DNA from: Nitrospirota bacterium
GTDB lineage: Bacteria; Nitrospirota; 9FT-COMBO-42-15; HDB-SIOI813
Reading direction: 5' to 3'
Assembly (NCBI GenBank): GCA_020846775.1
Contig: JADLDG010000023.1
Coordinates: 211,948 to 275,947, forward strand
DNA length: 64,000 nt
Both the position numbers and the translations under genes were made by a program. Numbering within the stretch: the first letter of the stretch is position 1; each line of letters opens with the position of its first letter. The notes under the pieces were generated by a model that saw only the letters and a list, made by a program, of their open reading frames with translations, searched no databases and was not told the origin of the DNA. This document shows, piece after piece, positions 29,366 through 40,394 of the stretch.

Positions 29366-30715
29366 TTACAAGCATAAAGAAGCATTTTCTATGGCAGAGC
29401 ATGCTGCTTCCCGCACATCCCTGTCACTATCATTCTCTGAAACCATCCGGAGTATATTTTCTGCATCATCATTAACAATAAGCTTAATTACATGTACTAA
29501 CATCCTTCTTACCCTTGGGTTCTTGTGCTCCCTGACGGCCTTTGCAATAATATCCCACGCCCCGCAATTCCCTGCAGCAACCAGCAATAGCGAAGCTGTC
29601 TCACGATCCTTCAAATCAGCAGAACATAACATGTCAAACTGATTATTAAGAATCTCTGTCGTCAGCAATACTTCAATTACCTGTTCCCTTGCATATCTGT
29701 CTTTCAACAATAAGAGCGCCTTTAGCAGTTCAGGATTAGCTATGCTGCCGAGTGAGCTGATTGTCTTTACGGCTGCCTCCCGGACCTGCCAGTATAGATC
29801 AGACAGAAGTTCAACAAGGTGGGGCACGGCCTGACTCCCCCCGACATTACCCAGTGTCTTTGCAACCTGTAGTCTTACAATCCAGGACGGATCATCTATC
29901 ATGCGGGCCATAGGCTGGAATGCATCTGAGCGCTTAATCTTTCCAAGGGCCTTGACAGCCTTGATCCTTACATCCGGCTCTGTATCTCCAAGCATAGGAA
30001 GAAGATGTCTGACAGTAGATGAATCAGAAATTTCACCGATGATATCTGCTGCTTGTCCCCTGACCCTCCAGGAGCTGTGTTTAAGTATGGGTATTAAAAA
30101 AGGAAAAGCATTTTCATAGAAATTCGTTATAGATGTCTTCACTACCCTCAGGGGCAATAGCTGCGGGTCTTGAGCTGATAACACCAATTTGTCTATCAAT
30201 GGTTCAACAGCCCTAAGGTCCCTGATTTTACCCAGAGACCTTGCTGCAACTGTCCTTACATCCCTCTCATGATCATTCAGGGCTCCGATAAGATATTCTG
30301 TTGCCTGAGGAGCCTTAAGTCTGCCAAGCTTGTCTGCAGCCAGTGCCCGTCTGTGTTTTTTCCCCTTGACGAGATCTTCTATATAAGTCTCGACATAACC
30401 AAGACGATCAAATATCTGTGTAACCACCTCTTCTGTCGCCCGTTTATCAGTGATAGCATGAAACAGGACATCTTCTATTGCCTTCCATTCAGTGGAATTC
30501 TTTTTTACATTAAAAGAGTTATAGTCAATACAGGCTTGTTGTTGGAGAAATTGTCGAAACATCACTTCATAATTTTCTCTCGCAATATCAAGCTTTCTAT
30601 AAGACAGATACTTAACTAGTCTCCTGATATTTACTGCTATAAAAAGGCATGCGATCAGTGCGGTAACTGATATAATTGAAATAATGATAATTTTATCTAA
30701 ATCCATAGGAAACAT
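29366..30715 (-). CDS. Membrane-anchored HEAT-repeat protein
   Basis: N-terminal TM then repeats such as LNDHERDVRTVAARSLGKI, LGDTEPDVRIKAVKALGKI, DDPSWIVRLQVAKTLGNV. Confidence 0.9.
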   Translation of the reverse strand: MFPMDLDKIIIISIISVTALIACLFIAVNIRRLVKYLSYRKLDIARENYEVMFRQFLQQQACIDYNSFNVKKNSTEWKAIEDVLFHAITDKRATEEVVTQIFDRLGYVETYIEDLVKGKKHRRALAADKLGRLKAPQATEYLIGALNDHERDVRTVAARSLGKIRDLRAVEPLIDKLVLSAQDPQLLPLRVVKTSITNFYENAFPFLIPILKHSSWRVRGQAADIIGEISDSSTVRHLLPMLGDTEPDVRIKAVKALGKIKRSDAFQPMARMIDDPSWIVRLQVAKTLGNVGGSQAVPHLVELLSDLYWQVREAAVKTISSLGSIANPELLKALLLLKDRYAREQVIEVLLTTEILNNQFDMLCSADLKDRETASLLLVAAGNCGAWDIIAKAVREHKNPRVRRMLVHVIKLIVNDDAENILRMVSENDSDRDVREAACSAIENASLCL

Positions 30716-30817
30716 TTAATACCTTTAATCGGTAAAATTGAATAATTATAAACTAAGATTCAATTCAGTCTGCAGGTTAACAACTCAGGATATGTAAGAC
30801 TTAAACCGAAATCTAAA

Positions 30818-30846
30818 TTGACAGGTAACTATTATGTTGCTACTGT
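30818..30846 (+). promoter_or_regulatory. Sigma70-type promoter for YaiO-like gene
   Basis: TTGACA-17nt-TACTGT. Confidence 0.55.
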
Positions 30847-30907
30847 ACCACGAATAATCGAGTGCTGGCACAGATAATGAAAATTATAAGGATAGGTCAA
30901 TAGTATT

Positions 30908-31783
30908 ATGATTCTTCTGGTATTGGGTCTTGCCGCTGTTATGACTGATAATACCCCGTCAGCGAATCCGGAATATCGTGAACCTGCCGCACAGTATCGC
31001 CTCGCAGATCTTGAAGTAAATCCCGGGCTGTACGACTCAGATGTCATATTTGATAAAAATCCTGAAGTTAAAGGAGAACCTGATCAATACAAATGGGCGC
31101 TGAGTCTGTCCTATGGTCTCAGCGACTTCTCGCCAAACCGAGGCCAGTGGAACGATTACAGTGTCACACTGCGGCACTATTGGGAAAATGCCTCTCTGGG
31201 ATTGGAATATCTAAGTGCCGAACGGTTCGATCACAACGCCGACGCCTTAGCTCTGGATGCATACGTTGATTACTGGCGCCGGGCATATGCTAATCTTCGG
31301 TATCAGTATGCATTGGATCCTGACCACTACCCTGACTATTCCTACCGAATGGAGATTTTTCAGGGGGTTGGAAAGGGATGGGAACTTGCCGGCAGTTATG
31401 ACCACCTTAATTTCGACGGCAACAGCGTTGATCTCTACGGCGCCGGCCTCGGGAAATACACAGGCAACTGGTACCTTCGCTGGAGGACACTATTTGTCCC
31501 TTCCACTGCAAGACTGGGAATATCCCACCGCGCCTTAGCCCGATATTACTATGCCGGCAACGGAGATGATTATATGGAAATAAATGGCGGTTTCAGCAGG
31601 GGTGGAGAATTCATAAGGGGGACCAGGATCGTCGAAACAACAAAGAGCCGGTCCATTGGAGCGGCTTTCCAGAAGTATTTTCATCCGCGCTGGGGTATTA
31701 AATTATCAGCCGGCTATGACGATGACAAGGATTCCTATGTTGAGAGGAGTTTCTCCATTGGCATCTTCACCCGATGGTTATGA
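30908..31783 (+). CDS. YaiO-family outer-membrane beta-barrel protein
   Basis: Hydrophobic N-terminus, alternating aromatic strands (RRAYANLRY, FQGVGKGWE, GKYTGNWYLRWR), C-terminal aromatic (FTRWL). Confidence 0.78.
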   Translation: MILLVLGLAAVMTDNTPSANPEYREPAAQYRLADLEVNPGLYDSDVIFDKNPEVKGEPDQYKWALSLSYGLSDFSPNRGQWNDYSVTLRHYWENASLGLEYLSAERFDHNADALALDAYVDYWRRAYANLRYQYALDPDHYPDYSYRMEIFQGVGKGWELAGSYDHLNFDGNSVDLYGAGLGKYTGNWYLRWRTLFVPSTARLGISHRALARYYYAGNGDDYMEINGGFSRGGEFIRGTRIVETTKSRSIGAAFQKYFHPRWGIKLSAGYDDDKDSYVERSFSIGIFTRWL

Positions 31784-31828
31784 TGCCTTCAGTTCCAATG
31801 GCATACAAATGTTGTATAATACCTTAGC

Positions 31829-33877
31829 ATGAACAATGTATTGTATGAAAAACAACATCACTCACTTTCCGATAAGTTCAAAAACTGCGCTGTACAGTTT
31901 ATAAACCTTTCAACCGCCTTTCTGATAGCATTCCTGGCAGTGCGTGTAATGGAAATCCTGTACATATCCATGACAAATAATATTCCGCTCGATTTCTGGA
32001 ATGTAATTGGTCAGGCATTGTTGTTCGATATAATCTCGTTTCTAAAAATGCTCCCCTTTCTGTTCATCCCGTTCCTCATGATATACCTTATATCCGGAAC
32101 CATGAAGCCCGGTTACATGACATATGTCGCCGGAGGATCGCTTGGTATTATCCTTTATGCCGCGCTTGTAAAATATTTTGCCACTGCAGGAGTACCCATG
32201 GCCGCTGACCTCTTCGGCTATGCCATGAAAGATATAGAAATTACCCTTAAAGGCAGCACAACAATGGACCTATTATCAATCTTCCTGTTCATCATACCGC
32301 TATCCCTGTTCTTGATTTCCCAGTTTTTTTTATATCCACGCAAAGGTTTGAAACCATCTTATGCATTGTTCATATTGGGTACAGGCACCGTCATGTTATT
32401 CACGGTGCCTGCATTACCTTCCTCCACGTCGTTTAAATCGGAATTTTCTTATAATCTGGCCGTGAACAAAATGACTTTTTTTACCTTGAAATCTTATACC
32501 TATTTTACCCGTTCATCCAGCGACATGGTCCATGCCATGATCCCTCGCAATGGAGGGAATCCTGGATACAGTCCTGAATTTAAGTATGTCAGTCCGGAAT
32601 ATCCTTTTTTAAGAACCGATGAAACTCCGGACGTTTTGGGTGAATTCTTCAATGTGAATACCGGCCAGCCTCCTAACATTGTTATTATTCTGGTGGAAGG
32701 ACTTGGCAAGGCCTTCAGTGGACCGAATGCCTATCTGGGGAGTTTTACACCTTTTCTTGATGAGCTTGCTGGCAGGAGTCTGTACTGGGAAAATTTTCTG
32801 GCCTCGCAGGGACGAACGTTTGCCTCACTTCCGTCTATACTTGCCTCGCTGCCCTTTGCCCAGCAGGGGTTTAATGAACTTAAAGAACACATGCCAGGGC
32901 ATTTATCTCTAATCAGCATCCTGAAACACAATGGATATCGCAGCAAGTATTATTCAGGCAGTGACCTGGATTTTGATAATCAGCGTTATTTTCTAAAACA
33001 GCAGGGAGTAGATGTTCTTATTGGTGATGACGACTACAGTCATGATTATGTGAAAAGCCCGAACAATAGCTGGGGTTATCCAGACAGGGACCTTATGCGT
33101 AAAGCGATTGAAATGGATCAACGGGATTCACGGCAGCCATACATATCATTCCTGCAAACTATCAGCATGCATACGCCATATTCAGTACCGGATCAGGGAA
33201 AATACATCAGGCTATTTGAAAAGCGAATGGACGAATTAGGCTTTGACGAGACACAAAAAGAACGCCATCGCACCTACAAAGAGATATATTCAACAATAAT
33301 GCACACGGATGATGCATTGAGATTCTTTTTTGAGGAATATGCCAAACTTCCGGCATATGGGAATACCCTGTTTATCATTACAGGAGATCACCGCCTGCCC
33401 GAGATACCATTGTCTACCAAGATTGATCGTTTCCATGTTCCCTTGATCATATACTCACCAATGCTCAAGCGTTCAGCACACATCGAGTCAATCTCATCTC
33501 ATCTCGACATTACACCTTCACTCCTGGCCTTCCTGAAGAAGAACTACAACCTGGACACACCATCTACCGTTTCCTGGGTTGGCTCCGGGCTGGATACAGA
33601 TCCTTCTTTCAGGAATATCCACAGCTACCCTCTAAAACATACAATAAACAATCTGATTGACTATATTTCAGGGATGTATTTCCTTAACGAGGATACCTTG
33701 TTCTCAATCGGAAAATTCATGGATCTTGAGCCGATACAGGATGATGGGAAAAAAGATGAGCTGATCGCAGAATTCAACCAGTACAAATCAATGAATAATC
33801 GTTTCTCGCGTGAGCTGAAACTGATACCGGATAGCCTGTACGAGCAATACAAGCCGAAACCCAATAAACAATTTTGA
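31829..33877 (+). CDS. LtaS/sulfatase-family (alkaline phosphatase superfamily) membrane phosphotransferase
   Basis: About 5 N-terminal TMs, ILVEG, GRT (Thr nucleophile position), SMHTPY, TGDH metal motif, SSHLDITPS. Confidence 0.88.
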   Translation: MNNVLYEKQHHSLSDKFKNCAVQFINLSTAFLIAFLAVRVMEILYISMTNNIPLDFWNVIGQALLFDIISFLKMLPFLFIPFLMIYLISGTMKPGYMTYVAGGSLGIILYAALVKYFATAGVPMAADLFGYAMKDIEITLKGSTTMDLLSIFLFIIPLSLFLISQFFLYPRKGLKPSYALFILGTGTVMLFTVPALPSSTSFKSEFSYNLAVNKMTFFTLKSYTYFTRSSSDMVHAMIPRNGGNPGYSPEFKYVSPEYPFLRTDETPDVLGEFFNVNTGQPPNIVIILVEGLGKAFSGPNAYLGSFTPFLDELAGRSLYWENFLASQGRTFASLPSILASLPFAQQGFNELKEHMPGHLSLISILKHNGYRSKYYSGSDLDFDNQRYFLKQQGVDVLIGDDDYSHDYVKSPNNSWGYPDRDLMRKAIEMDQRDSRQPYISFLQTISMHTPYSVPDQGKYIRLFEKRMDELGFDETQKERHRTYKEIYSTIMHTDDALRFFFEEYAKLPAYGNTLFIITGDHRLPEIPLSTKIDRFHVPLIIYSPMLKRSAHIESISSHLDITPSLLAFLKKNYNLDTPSTVSWVGSGLDTDPSFRNIHSYPLKHTINNLIDYISGMYFLNEDTLFSIGKFMDLEPIQDDGKKDELIAEFNQYKSMNNRFSRELKLIPDSLYEQYKPKPNKQF

Positions 33878-34282
33878 CCATAGATTGATGAAATCAAACG
33901 CCGCCTGCACGGGTTCATCCTCAATTCAGAAGGTATTGGCTACACGGCACGTCAAACAATCGCGGATTAGCTGGTCGGTACGAGCCTTTCTGTCGGGAGG
34001 GGTAAACTATACTGTCTCCTCCTGCCACATTCTGAGGCTTTAATTCCTCCCAGTTTAAGATATATTCGATGTCTATGAGCCTACCTTAGGCAAGATATGA
34101 GACAAAAGCAGCTAATACAGTAGAAGCCATTAAAAGGGCAACTCGGAACATGGCATATATTCTGATGTGGGGATACATTATCCGCAACATCTTTAAAGTA
34201 AGCTAACAGGACGCCAACGTTCGTCGTTACTTTTCTGAACCATACCCGTCACTACATAGCCAGATGTGTCCCATGAGAATAA

Positions 34283-34311
34283 TTGACAATAACACCCAAT
34301 AAGCCTAAAAT
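34283..34311 (+). promoter_or_regulatory. Sigma70-type promoter of dnaE-accA operon
   Basis: TTGACA-17nt-TAAAAT; a hairpin AGCCTC-N7-GAGGCT follows in the leader. Confidence 0.7.
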
Positions 34312-34403
34312 ATGCAGCATAATAAGCCTCGCAATTTGAGGCTGTTTACCATAGCTATCCGCACTTATCACAATATATAGACGGGGTTTATTTAGGGGCA
34401 AAT

Positions 34404-37400
34404 ATGCACCACTCTGATTTTGTTCATTTACATCTGCATACGAAATACAGTCTCCTTGATGGCGCCAACAGGATTGAAGCTATTGTTGATGCAGCAGATA
34501 AATACAGGATGCCTGCCCTTGCCATAACTGACCATGGGAATATGTATGGCGCTATTGAATTTTACCGTACCGCCGTAAAAAAAGGGATAAAGCCTATTAT
34601 AGGATGTGAAGGTTATATCGCACCAAAGAGCCGACTTGACAAGAAAGATTCATACGGGATTACGAATGCGTCATTTCACATTATTCTTCTTGCATCAAGC
34701 CTGACAGGATATAAAAACCTCCTGAAACTCGTAAGCAGCGCTCATCTTGACGGGTTTTACTACAGACCCAGAATAGATAAGGAGCTGCTTGCGAGGCATA
34801 GCGAGGGACTGATAATACTCACTTCATGCCTCAAGGGTGAAATTCCATACAGGATTCGGGAAGGTAATTCAAATGAAGCCCTGAAGGCTGCAGGCGAGTA
34901 TATAGAAATAGTCGGCAAAGATAACTTTTACTTTGAGATACAGGACAACGGGATTGAGGAGCAGGTTAAGGTAAACAAAGAGCTTATTTCGCTATCAAAG
35001 AAACTTGATGTTCAGGTTGTTGCAACAGGAGACTGCCACTATCTGAAAAAAGAAGATTCTAAAGCACATGACATACTTCTATGCATACAGACCGGGGCCA
35101 ATATTAATAATCCAAACAGACTGAAATTCTCAACTGACGAGTTCTATATGAAGTCGCCTGATGAGATGCATAAGGCATTTGCAGAGATACCTGAGGCAAT
35201 ATTAAACACAAAATTGATTGCGGAGCGGTGCAATGTAGAACTTGAACTCGGCAAGTTCTACCTGCCTGAATATAACGTTCCGGAAGGTTATTCAAAGGAG
35301 GACTATCTTGGAGAGCTTGTGACTAAAGGTCTGTCAGAGAGGCTCCGGCAGAAGGATTGTGCTGATATACCAAGAGACACCTATGAGACACGTCTAAGTC
35401 AGGAACTCAAGGTAATAACATCAATGGGATATTCCGGTTACTTCCTGATCGTCTGGGATTTCATAAACTTTGCAAAGGCAAATCACATACCGGTCGGACC
35501 TGGAAGGGGTTCTGCCGCTGGAAGTCTGGCAGCATATTGTCTCAGGATAACGGATATCAACCCGCTTGCACACGGCCTCCTCTTTGAGCGTTTCCTCAAT
35601 CCTGAGAGAATAAGCATGCCTGACATTGACATAGACTTCTGTATGGACGGGAGGGATCAGGTAATCCAATATGTTACGAATAAATATGGAATTGACCATG
35701 TCGCACAGATCATTACATTCGGGACAATGGCTGCCCGCGCGGCTATTAGAGATGTAGGACGCAGCCTTGACATACCATACGCTGAAGTGGACAGGGTAGC
35801 AAAACTGATCCCTGAAGGAGCTAATGTAACTATCGAAGACTCACTCAAATCAGAACCCAAGTTAAAAGAGTTAATCAATACAGACTTAAGGATTAAAGAA
35901 CTGATTGAGTATGCAACTGCACTTGAGGGCCTGACAAGACATGCGTCAACACATGCAGCAGGTATAGTAATATCAAAAGAGCCACTCACAGAATATGTCC
36001 CCCTCTCCCGCGGCACCAACGGGGAAGTGGTAACACAGTTCTCTATGGAAGATGTTGAGAAGGTCGGCCTTGTGAAGTTTGATTTTCTCGGACTTAAGAC
36101 ACTCACAGTCATAGACCGGTCAGTTAAACTGATACATCAATCAACAGGTGGAGGGGATAAGTTAGAGATCTCTGCAGTACCGCTTGACGACAAGGCTACT
36201 TATGAACTGCTTTCTTCCGGAAATACTGCCGGCATCTTCCAGCTTGAAAGTTCCGGTATGCGGGATATCCTTGTCAAGATAAAACCGGACCACTTTGAAG
36301 ACCTTGTAGCAATCCTTGCACTCTACCGGCCTGGACCCCTTGGGAGCGGTATGGTTGATGATTACATCAAGAGATGCAGGGGCCTCATCCCTGTTAAATA
36401 TGAAACACCGGAATTAAAGGACATCCTTAAAGAGACCCAGGGTGTAATTGTCTATCAGGAACAGGCGATGAAGATTGCCAATGTACTTGCAGGATTCAGC
36501 CTCGGAGAGGCAGATCTGCTCAGAAGGGCCATGGGTAAGAAAGACCCTGAGACCATGGCAAATTTGAAATCCAGGTTTGTTGAAGGCGCGAAAAAGAACG
36601 GTACATCAGAAAAAAAAGCAGAGAAAATATTTGATCTTATAGAATATTTTGCCGGATATGGTTTCAATAAATCTCACAGTGCTGCCTATGCCCTCATAAC
36701 TTACCAAACTGCATATCTGAAGGCCCATTACCCTGTTGATTATATGGCCGCGATGCTGACATGCGAGATGGGGAAGATGGACAAGGTAACCGCAGGGATA
36801 CGTGAGTGCAAGGATATGGGAATATCAATACTCCCCCCTGATGTTAATGAGAGCGCTATGGATTTTACAGTATCAGGCAAGGCAATAAGATTTGGCCTGG
36901 TCGCTATAAAGAACATAGGTGAATCCGCTATAGAATCTGTTATTAAAACAAGAAATGAAGGCGGCAGGTATAGCTCTATATTTGACTTTTGCAAACGGGT
37001 TGACCTTAGAAAAGTAAACAAAAGGGCTATAGAATCGCTGATCAAGAGCGGTGCATTTGATACTACAGGCGCCAGGCGGTCTCAGCTCCTTGACGTCCTC
37101 GATAAAGCTATGGCAATAGGCGGCGCCCGTCAGAGAGAGAAAAATCAGGTCAGTATCTTTGAGGCCCTTGAGGCTAAGGGAAACAGTCCTACCGGCGAGC
37201 TTTTGCCTGATATACCCGAATGGGAAGAGCATATCCTCCTTAAAAATGAGAAAGACACCGTAGGTTTTTATATTACAGGTCATCCGCTTGCAAGATTTGA
37301 ATCAAAGATAAGGAGGTTTTCATCGTTTTCTTCAAAAGACCTGGCAAACACAGATGATGGAAAAGATGTCACTATTTGTGGTATCATAACAGAAATTCGT

Positions 37401-37856
37401 ACTACCCTTACGAGGAAGGGTGACAAAATGGCATATGTAAGATTAGAAGATATGGAGGGGGGGGTGGAATTAATTATATTTCCGGAACTATTCCGCTCAT
37501 CATCATCAATGCTTACAGAGGACAGACCGGTGCTGGCAGCCGGTACAGTGAACAAGACAGATTCGGGTGTTAAACTGAAGACGACACGGATATCTGACCT
37601 TGAAGATATAGCTGAAAGGGTTACGAGTCAGGTTGATATCAGCCTTCATTCGGTAGGCCTGACTTCTGATGACTTAAAGGGTTTGAAAGAGATTCTTATG
37701 TCCCACATTGGACGTTGCCCTGTCTATCTTCACCTGATATCGAATCAAAAGGAATATGTAGTTGCTGTTGATGAGGGTTTAAGCATTAATCCATCATATG
37801 ATTTTGTGAAAACGATAGAAAAAAGGTTTGGAAAGGATACAGTCTCCTTCAACTAA
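34404..37856 (+). CDS. dnaE: DNA polymerase III alpha subunit
   Basis: [50 protein letters not shown]-terminal OB fold; no intein-sized insertion. Confidence 0.98.
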   Translation: MHHSDFVHLHLHTKYSLLDGANRIEAIVDAADKYRMPALAITDHGNMYGAIEFYRTAVKKGIKPIIGCEGYIAPKSRLDKKDSYGITNASFHIILLASSLTGYKNLLKLVSSAHLDGFYYRPRIDKELLARHSEGLIILTSCLKGEIPYRIREGNSNEALKAAGEYIEIVGKDNFYFEIQDNGIEEQVKVNKELISLSKKLDVQVVATGDCHYLKKEDSKAHDILLCIQTGANINNPNRLKFSTDEFYMKSPDEMHKAFAEIPEAILNTKLIAERCNVELELGKFYLPEYNVPEGYSKEDYLGELVTKGLSERLRQKDCADIPRDTYETRLSQELKVITSMGYSGYFLIVWDFINFAKANHIPVGPGRGSAAGSLAAYCLRITDINPLAHGLLFERFLNPERISMPDIDIDFCMDGRDQVIQYVTNKYGIDHVAQIITFGTMAARAAIRDVGRSLDIPYAEVDRVAKLIPEGANVTIEDSLKSEPKLKELINTDLRIKELIEYATALEGLTRHASTHAAGIVISKEPLTEYVPLSRGTNGEVVTQFSMEDVEKVGLVKFDFLGLKTLTVIDRSVKLIHQSTGGGDKLEISAVPLDDKATYELLSSGNTAGIFQLESSGMRDILVKIKPDHFEDLVAILALYRPGPLGSGMVDDYIKRCRGLIPVKYETPELKDILKETQGVIVYQEQAMKIANVLAGFSLGEADLLRRAMGKKDPETMANLKSRFVEGAKKNGTSEKKAEKIFDLIEYFAGYGFNKSHSAAYALITYQTAYLKAHYPVDYMAAMLTCEMGKMDKVTAGIRECKDMGISILPPDVNESAMDFTVSGKAIRFGLVAIKNIGESAIESVIKTRNEGGRYSSIFDFCKRVDLRKVNKRAIESLIKSGAFDTTGARRSQLLDVLDKAMAIGGARQREKNQVSIFEALEAKGNSPTGELLPDIPEWEEHILLKNEKDTVGFYITGHPLARFESKIRRFSSFSSKDLANTDDGKDVTICGIITEIRTTLTRKGDKMAYVRLEDMEGGVELIIFPELFRSSSSMLTEDRPVLAAGTVNKTDSGVKLKTTRISDLEDIAERVTSQVDISLHSVGLTSDDLKGLKEILMSHIGRCPVYLHLISNQKEYVVAVDEGLSINPSYDFVKTIEKRFGKDTVSFN

Positions 37857-37857
37857 C

Positions 37858-38817
37858 ATGCTCAGAGAACTGCTTGAATTTGAAAAACCTTTAGTTGAGA
37901 TAGAAGAGAAGATTGAAAAACTTCGAAGCTATGTCAAGGGGGATGATCCTCGCGTGCATGCAGAGATTGACAAGCTTACAAAACGATCGCAATCTCTGCT
38001 GGAGAGATTATATGCAAACCTTACCCCATGGCAGAAGACTCAGGTAGCAAGACACCCGTCCCGCCCCACTACTTCAGATTATATCAATGCATTTATCAGT
38101 GATTTTATTGAACTTCATGGAGACCGACGTTTCGCAAATGACCCTGCAATAATCGGCGGAATTGGTAACCTTGGGCAAAGGCCAGTAGTTGTAATTGGAC
38201 ATCAGAAAGGAACAGGGACGCGGGACAAGATCTACAGGAATTTCGGCATGCCTAACCCTGAAGGTTACAGAAAGGCGCTTCGGCTGATGCGCCTCGCTGA
38301 GAAGTTCCATAAACCTATTATTACATTTATTGATACACCTGGGGCCTATCCTGGTATAGGGGCTGAGGAACGTGGGCAGGCAGAGGCTATTGCAAGAAAT
38401 CTGTTTGAAATGTGCCGTCTGAAGGTGCCTATTATTGTATCTGTAATTGGAGAAGGAGGCAGTGGAGGCGCACTCGCGATCGGTGTAGGAGACCGAATTA
38501 TGATGCTCGAACATGCAATTTACTCTGTCATATCACCGGAAGGTTGTGCAGCAATCCTGTGGGGTGACGGAACTCGTGCAATGGAAGCAGCGGAGACACT
38601 TAAATTGACGGCACAGAACCTAAAAAAACTCGGGGTCATAGATATTATCGTAAAAGAGCCGCTTGGCGGCGCGCACAGGGATGCATTTATTGCAGCTGAA
38701 AATTTGAAAGAGTCAATGTTAAAGGCCCTGAAGGAGATCGAGACCATTCCAGGAGATAAACTCGCTGCTATGCGATATGAGAAATTCAAAAAGATGGGGA
38801 CGTATAAAGAAGAGTGA
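37858..38817 (+). CDS. accA: Acetyl-CoA carboxylase carboxyltransferase alpha subunit
   Basis: [49 protein letters not shown]; ATG 1 nt after dnaE stop. Confidence 0.97.
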   Translation: MLRELLEFEKPLVEIEEKIEKLRSYVKGDDPRVHAEIDKLTKRSQSLLERLYANLTPWQKTQVARHPSRPTTSDYINAFISDFIELHGDRRFANDPAIIGGIGNLGQRPVVVIGHQKGTGTRDKIYRNFGMPNPEGYRKALRLMRLAEKFHKPIITFIDTPGAYPGIGAEERGQAEAIARNLFEMCRLKVPIIVSVIGEGGSGGALAIGVGDRIMMLEHAIYSVISPEGCAAILWGDGTRAMEAAETLKLTAQNLKKLGVIDIIVKEPLGGAHRDAFIAAENLKESMLKALKEIETIPGDKLAAMRYEKFKKMGTYKEE

Positions 38818-38867
38818 ATACCTTGTTGATTAAAGCAAAGTGTTTATTAACTACATAGGAGGGAATT

Positions 38868-39140
38868 ATGCCGAAGACAGTAGGACCTATTTGCCAGAGC
38901 TGTGGTATGTCAATTCAGGATCCAAAAGATTTCGGGACAACAGAATCCGGCGCCAAGAATCTTAGTTACTGCCGATTCTGCTTCCGGAATGGCGCCTTTA
39001 CAGAACCTGATCTGACACTGGAACAGATGATTGAGAAGTGTACTGGTATAGCCGCTACAAAGAGGAATATGTCAGAAGATAAAGCCAGAGAGATTGTCAA
39101 TGATTACATGCCAAAGCTCAAGAGATGGTTTAAGAAATAA
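38868..39140 (+). CDS. Putative zinc-ribbon domain protein
   Basis: CQSCGM...YCRFC, ends LKRW; RBS GGAGG. Confidence 0.85.
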   Translation: MPKTVGPICQSCGMSIQDPKDFGTTESGAKNLSYCRFCFRNGAFTEPDLTLEQMIEKCTGIAATKRNMSEDKAREIVNDYMPKLKRWFKK

Positions 39141-39152
39141 CGTGCAGCTCGG

Positions 39153-39809
39153 ATGACCGGCGACAATATCAACAACATTATCAGCATACTGAAAAAAGAA
39201 GTAAAAAAATGGAAAGCACCTGCAGTAACAAAGGTTGCAGAAAAGACTAAAGATCCCTTTAAGATACTAATATCCTGCATCCTCAGCCTCCGGACTAAAG
39301 ACGTCACTACAGAAGCGGCAAGTCTCAGGCTTTTCTCTCTTGCCAGTACCCCGGATGATATGCTTATAATCCCACCCGGAAAGATCGAGCAGGCCATCTA
39401 CCCGGTAGGCTTTTACAGGACTAAAGCCAGGAGCATAATAGAGATCTGCAGGACTCTCAAAGATGATTACAACTCCATAGTACCTGACTCTATAGATGAA
39501 CTGATGAAACTGAAGGGTGTGGGCAGAAAGACTGCAAATCTTGTGGTAACTACAGGGTATGATAAGGATGGCATATGTGTTGATACCCATGTCCACAGGA
39601 TATCAAACCGCTGGGGTTACATAAATACAAAGACACCTGAACAGTCCGAAGCCGCACTCCGCGGCAAGTTACCCCGAAAATACTGGAAGATCTACAATGA
39701 CCTGCTGGTCACCTTCGGACAAAACCTGTGTAAACCAATATCCCCTTTATGCAGTCGTTGTAAGATTGCCGTTTATTGTAAAAAAATTGGGGTCAAATTT
39801 AGCCGATGA
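39153..39809 (+). CDS. nth: Endonuclease III
   Basis: HhH LKGVGRKTAN, VDTHV, [4Fe-4S] Cys motif C..ISPLC.RC.I..YC. Confidence 0.95.
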   Translation: MTGDNINNIISILKKEVKKWKAPAVTKVAEKTKDPFKILISCILSLRTKDVTTEAASLRLFSLASTPDDMLIIPPGKIEQAIYPVGFYRTKARSIIEICRTLKDDYNSIVPDSIDELMKLKGVGRKTANLVVTTGYDKDGICVDTHVHRISNRWGYINTKTPEQSEAALRGKLPRKYWKIYNDLLVTFGQNLCKPISPLCSRCKIAVYCKKIGVKFSR

Positions 39810-39854
39810 ACTGCAGGAACAAATGATCAGGATACTAATAACAATGAGTAATGA

Positions 39855-40259
39855 TCAAAGTTGAAAGAAGTAAATGAGCCAGCCTGTTGCTGCAACATAT
39901 AACCATACAGCTGCCGTATAAGGAGCAGTCTTTTTGTGTCTGTCAAATCGTCCCCTGAACCCCGAATACAATGTCATGACGGCCAACGGAAGATTAACAA
40001 CTGACAGAAATGTGTGAGACCACAGGGTAGTCAGATAAAGACCCCTTAAACTTCCCTCATATTTTGTATGAGGAAAGATTGTGGTCCTTATCATATATAA
40101 TCCAACAAAGATAATTGCAAAAAAAGATGCAGAAAGCATTGCCCATTTATGTTTTTCTCTCAGGTTCAGCTTTATAAGAAATAATCCTGATACGACACAG
40201 AGCCCGCTTATACCGATTGTTAAAAGACTGCTATATAGTAATGTCGTGTATAGATTCAA
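39855..40259 (-). CDS. DUF420/CtaM-family membrane protein (oxidase assembly factor candidate)
   Basis: 4 TMs, HKWAM, LWSHTFLS, HKK.A.YTAAVWLYVAATG. Confidence 0.82.
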   Translation of the reverse strand: MNLYTTLLYSSLLTIGISGLCVVSGLFLIKLNLREKHKWAMLSASFFAIIFVGLYMIRTTIFPHTKYEGSLRGLYLTTLWSHTFLSVVNLPLAVMTLYSGFRGRFDRHKKTAPYTAAVWLYVAATGWLIYFFQL

Positions 40260-40274
40260 ACCTTACTACCTCAA

Positions 40275-40394
40275 CTATAGTCTCCAGGACAGTACAAGCG
40301 CATCAACAAGTAATAATGCGATTAAACCAAGTACCAGGTATATGACAAAGTACATTTTCTTATTTTTACCCTCAGCTTCATTCTGATAATCCAT
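40275..40394 (-). CDS. Unannotated 39-aa single-TM protein
   Basis: MDYQNEAEGKNKKMYFVIYLVLGLIALLLVDALVLSWRL; RBS GGAGGGAG; overlaps the end of the COX1-like gene; not in ORF track. Confidence 0.7.
   Translation of the reverse strand: MDYQNEAEGKNKKMYFVIYLVLGLIALLLVDALVLSWRL

Noticed and set aside
30877-30910. Upstream ATG (MKIIRI...) one base out of frame with the YaiO-like gene, which would give a better signal peptide
   Set aside because: ATG 30908 has a usable SD-like AGGATAGGT; cannot distinguish from chance without reads or homologues
34360-34375. DnaA-box-like TTATCACAA upstream of dnaE
   Set aside because: Does not fit TT(A/T)TNCACA; single copy
34404-37856. Intein or split in dnaE
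   Set aside because: Length 1150 aa is ordinary; no Cys/Ser...His-Asn splice motifs or insertion noticed
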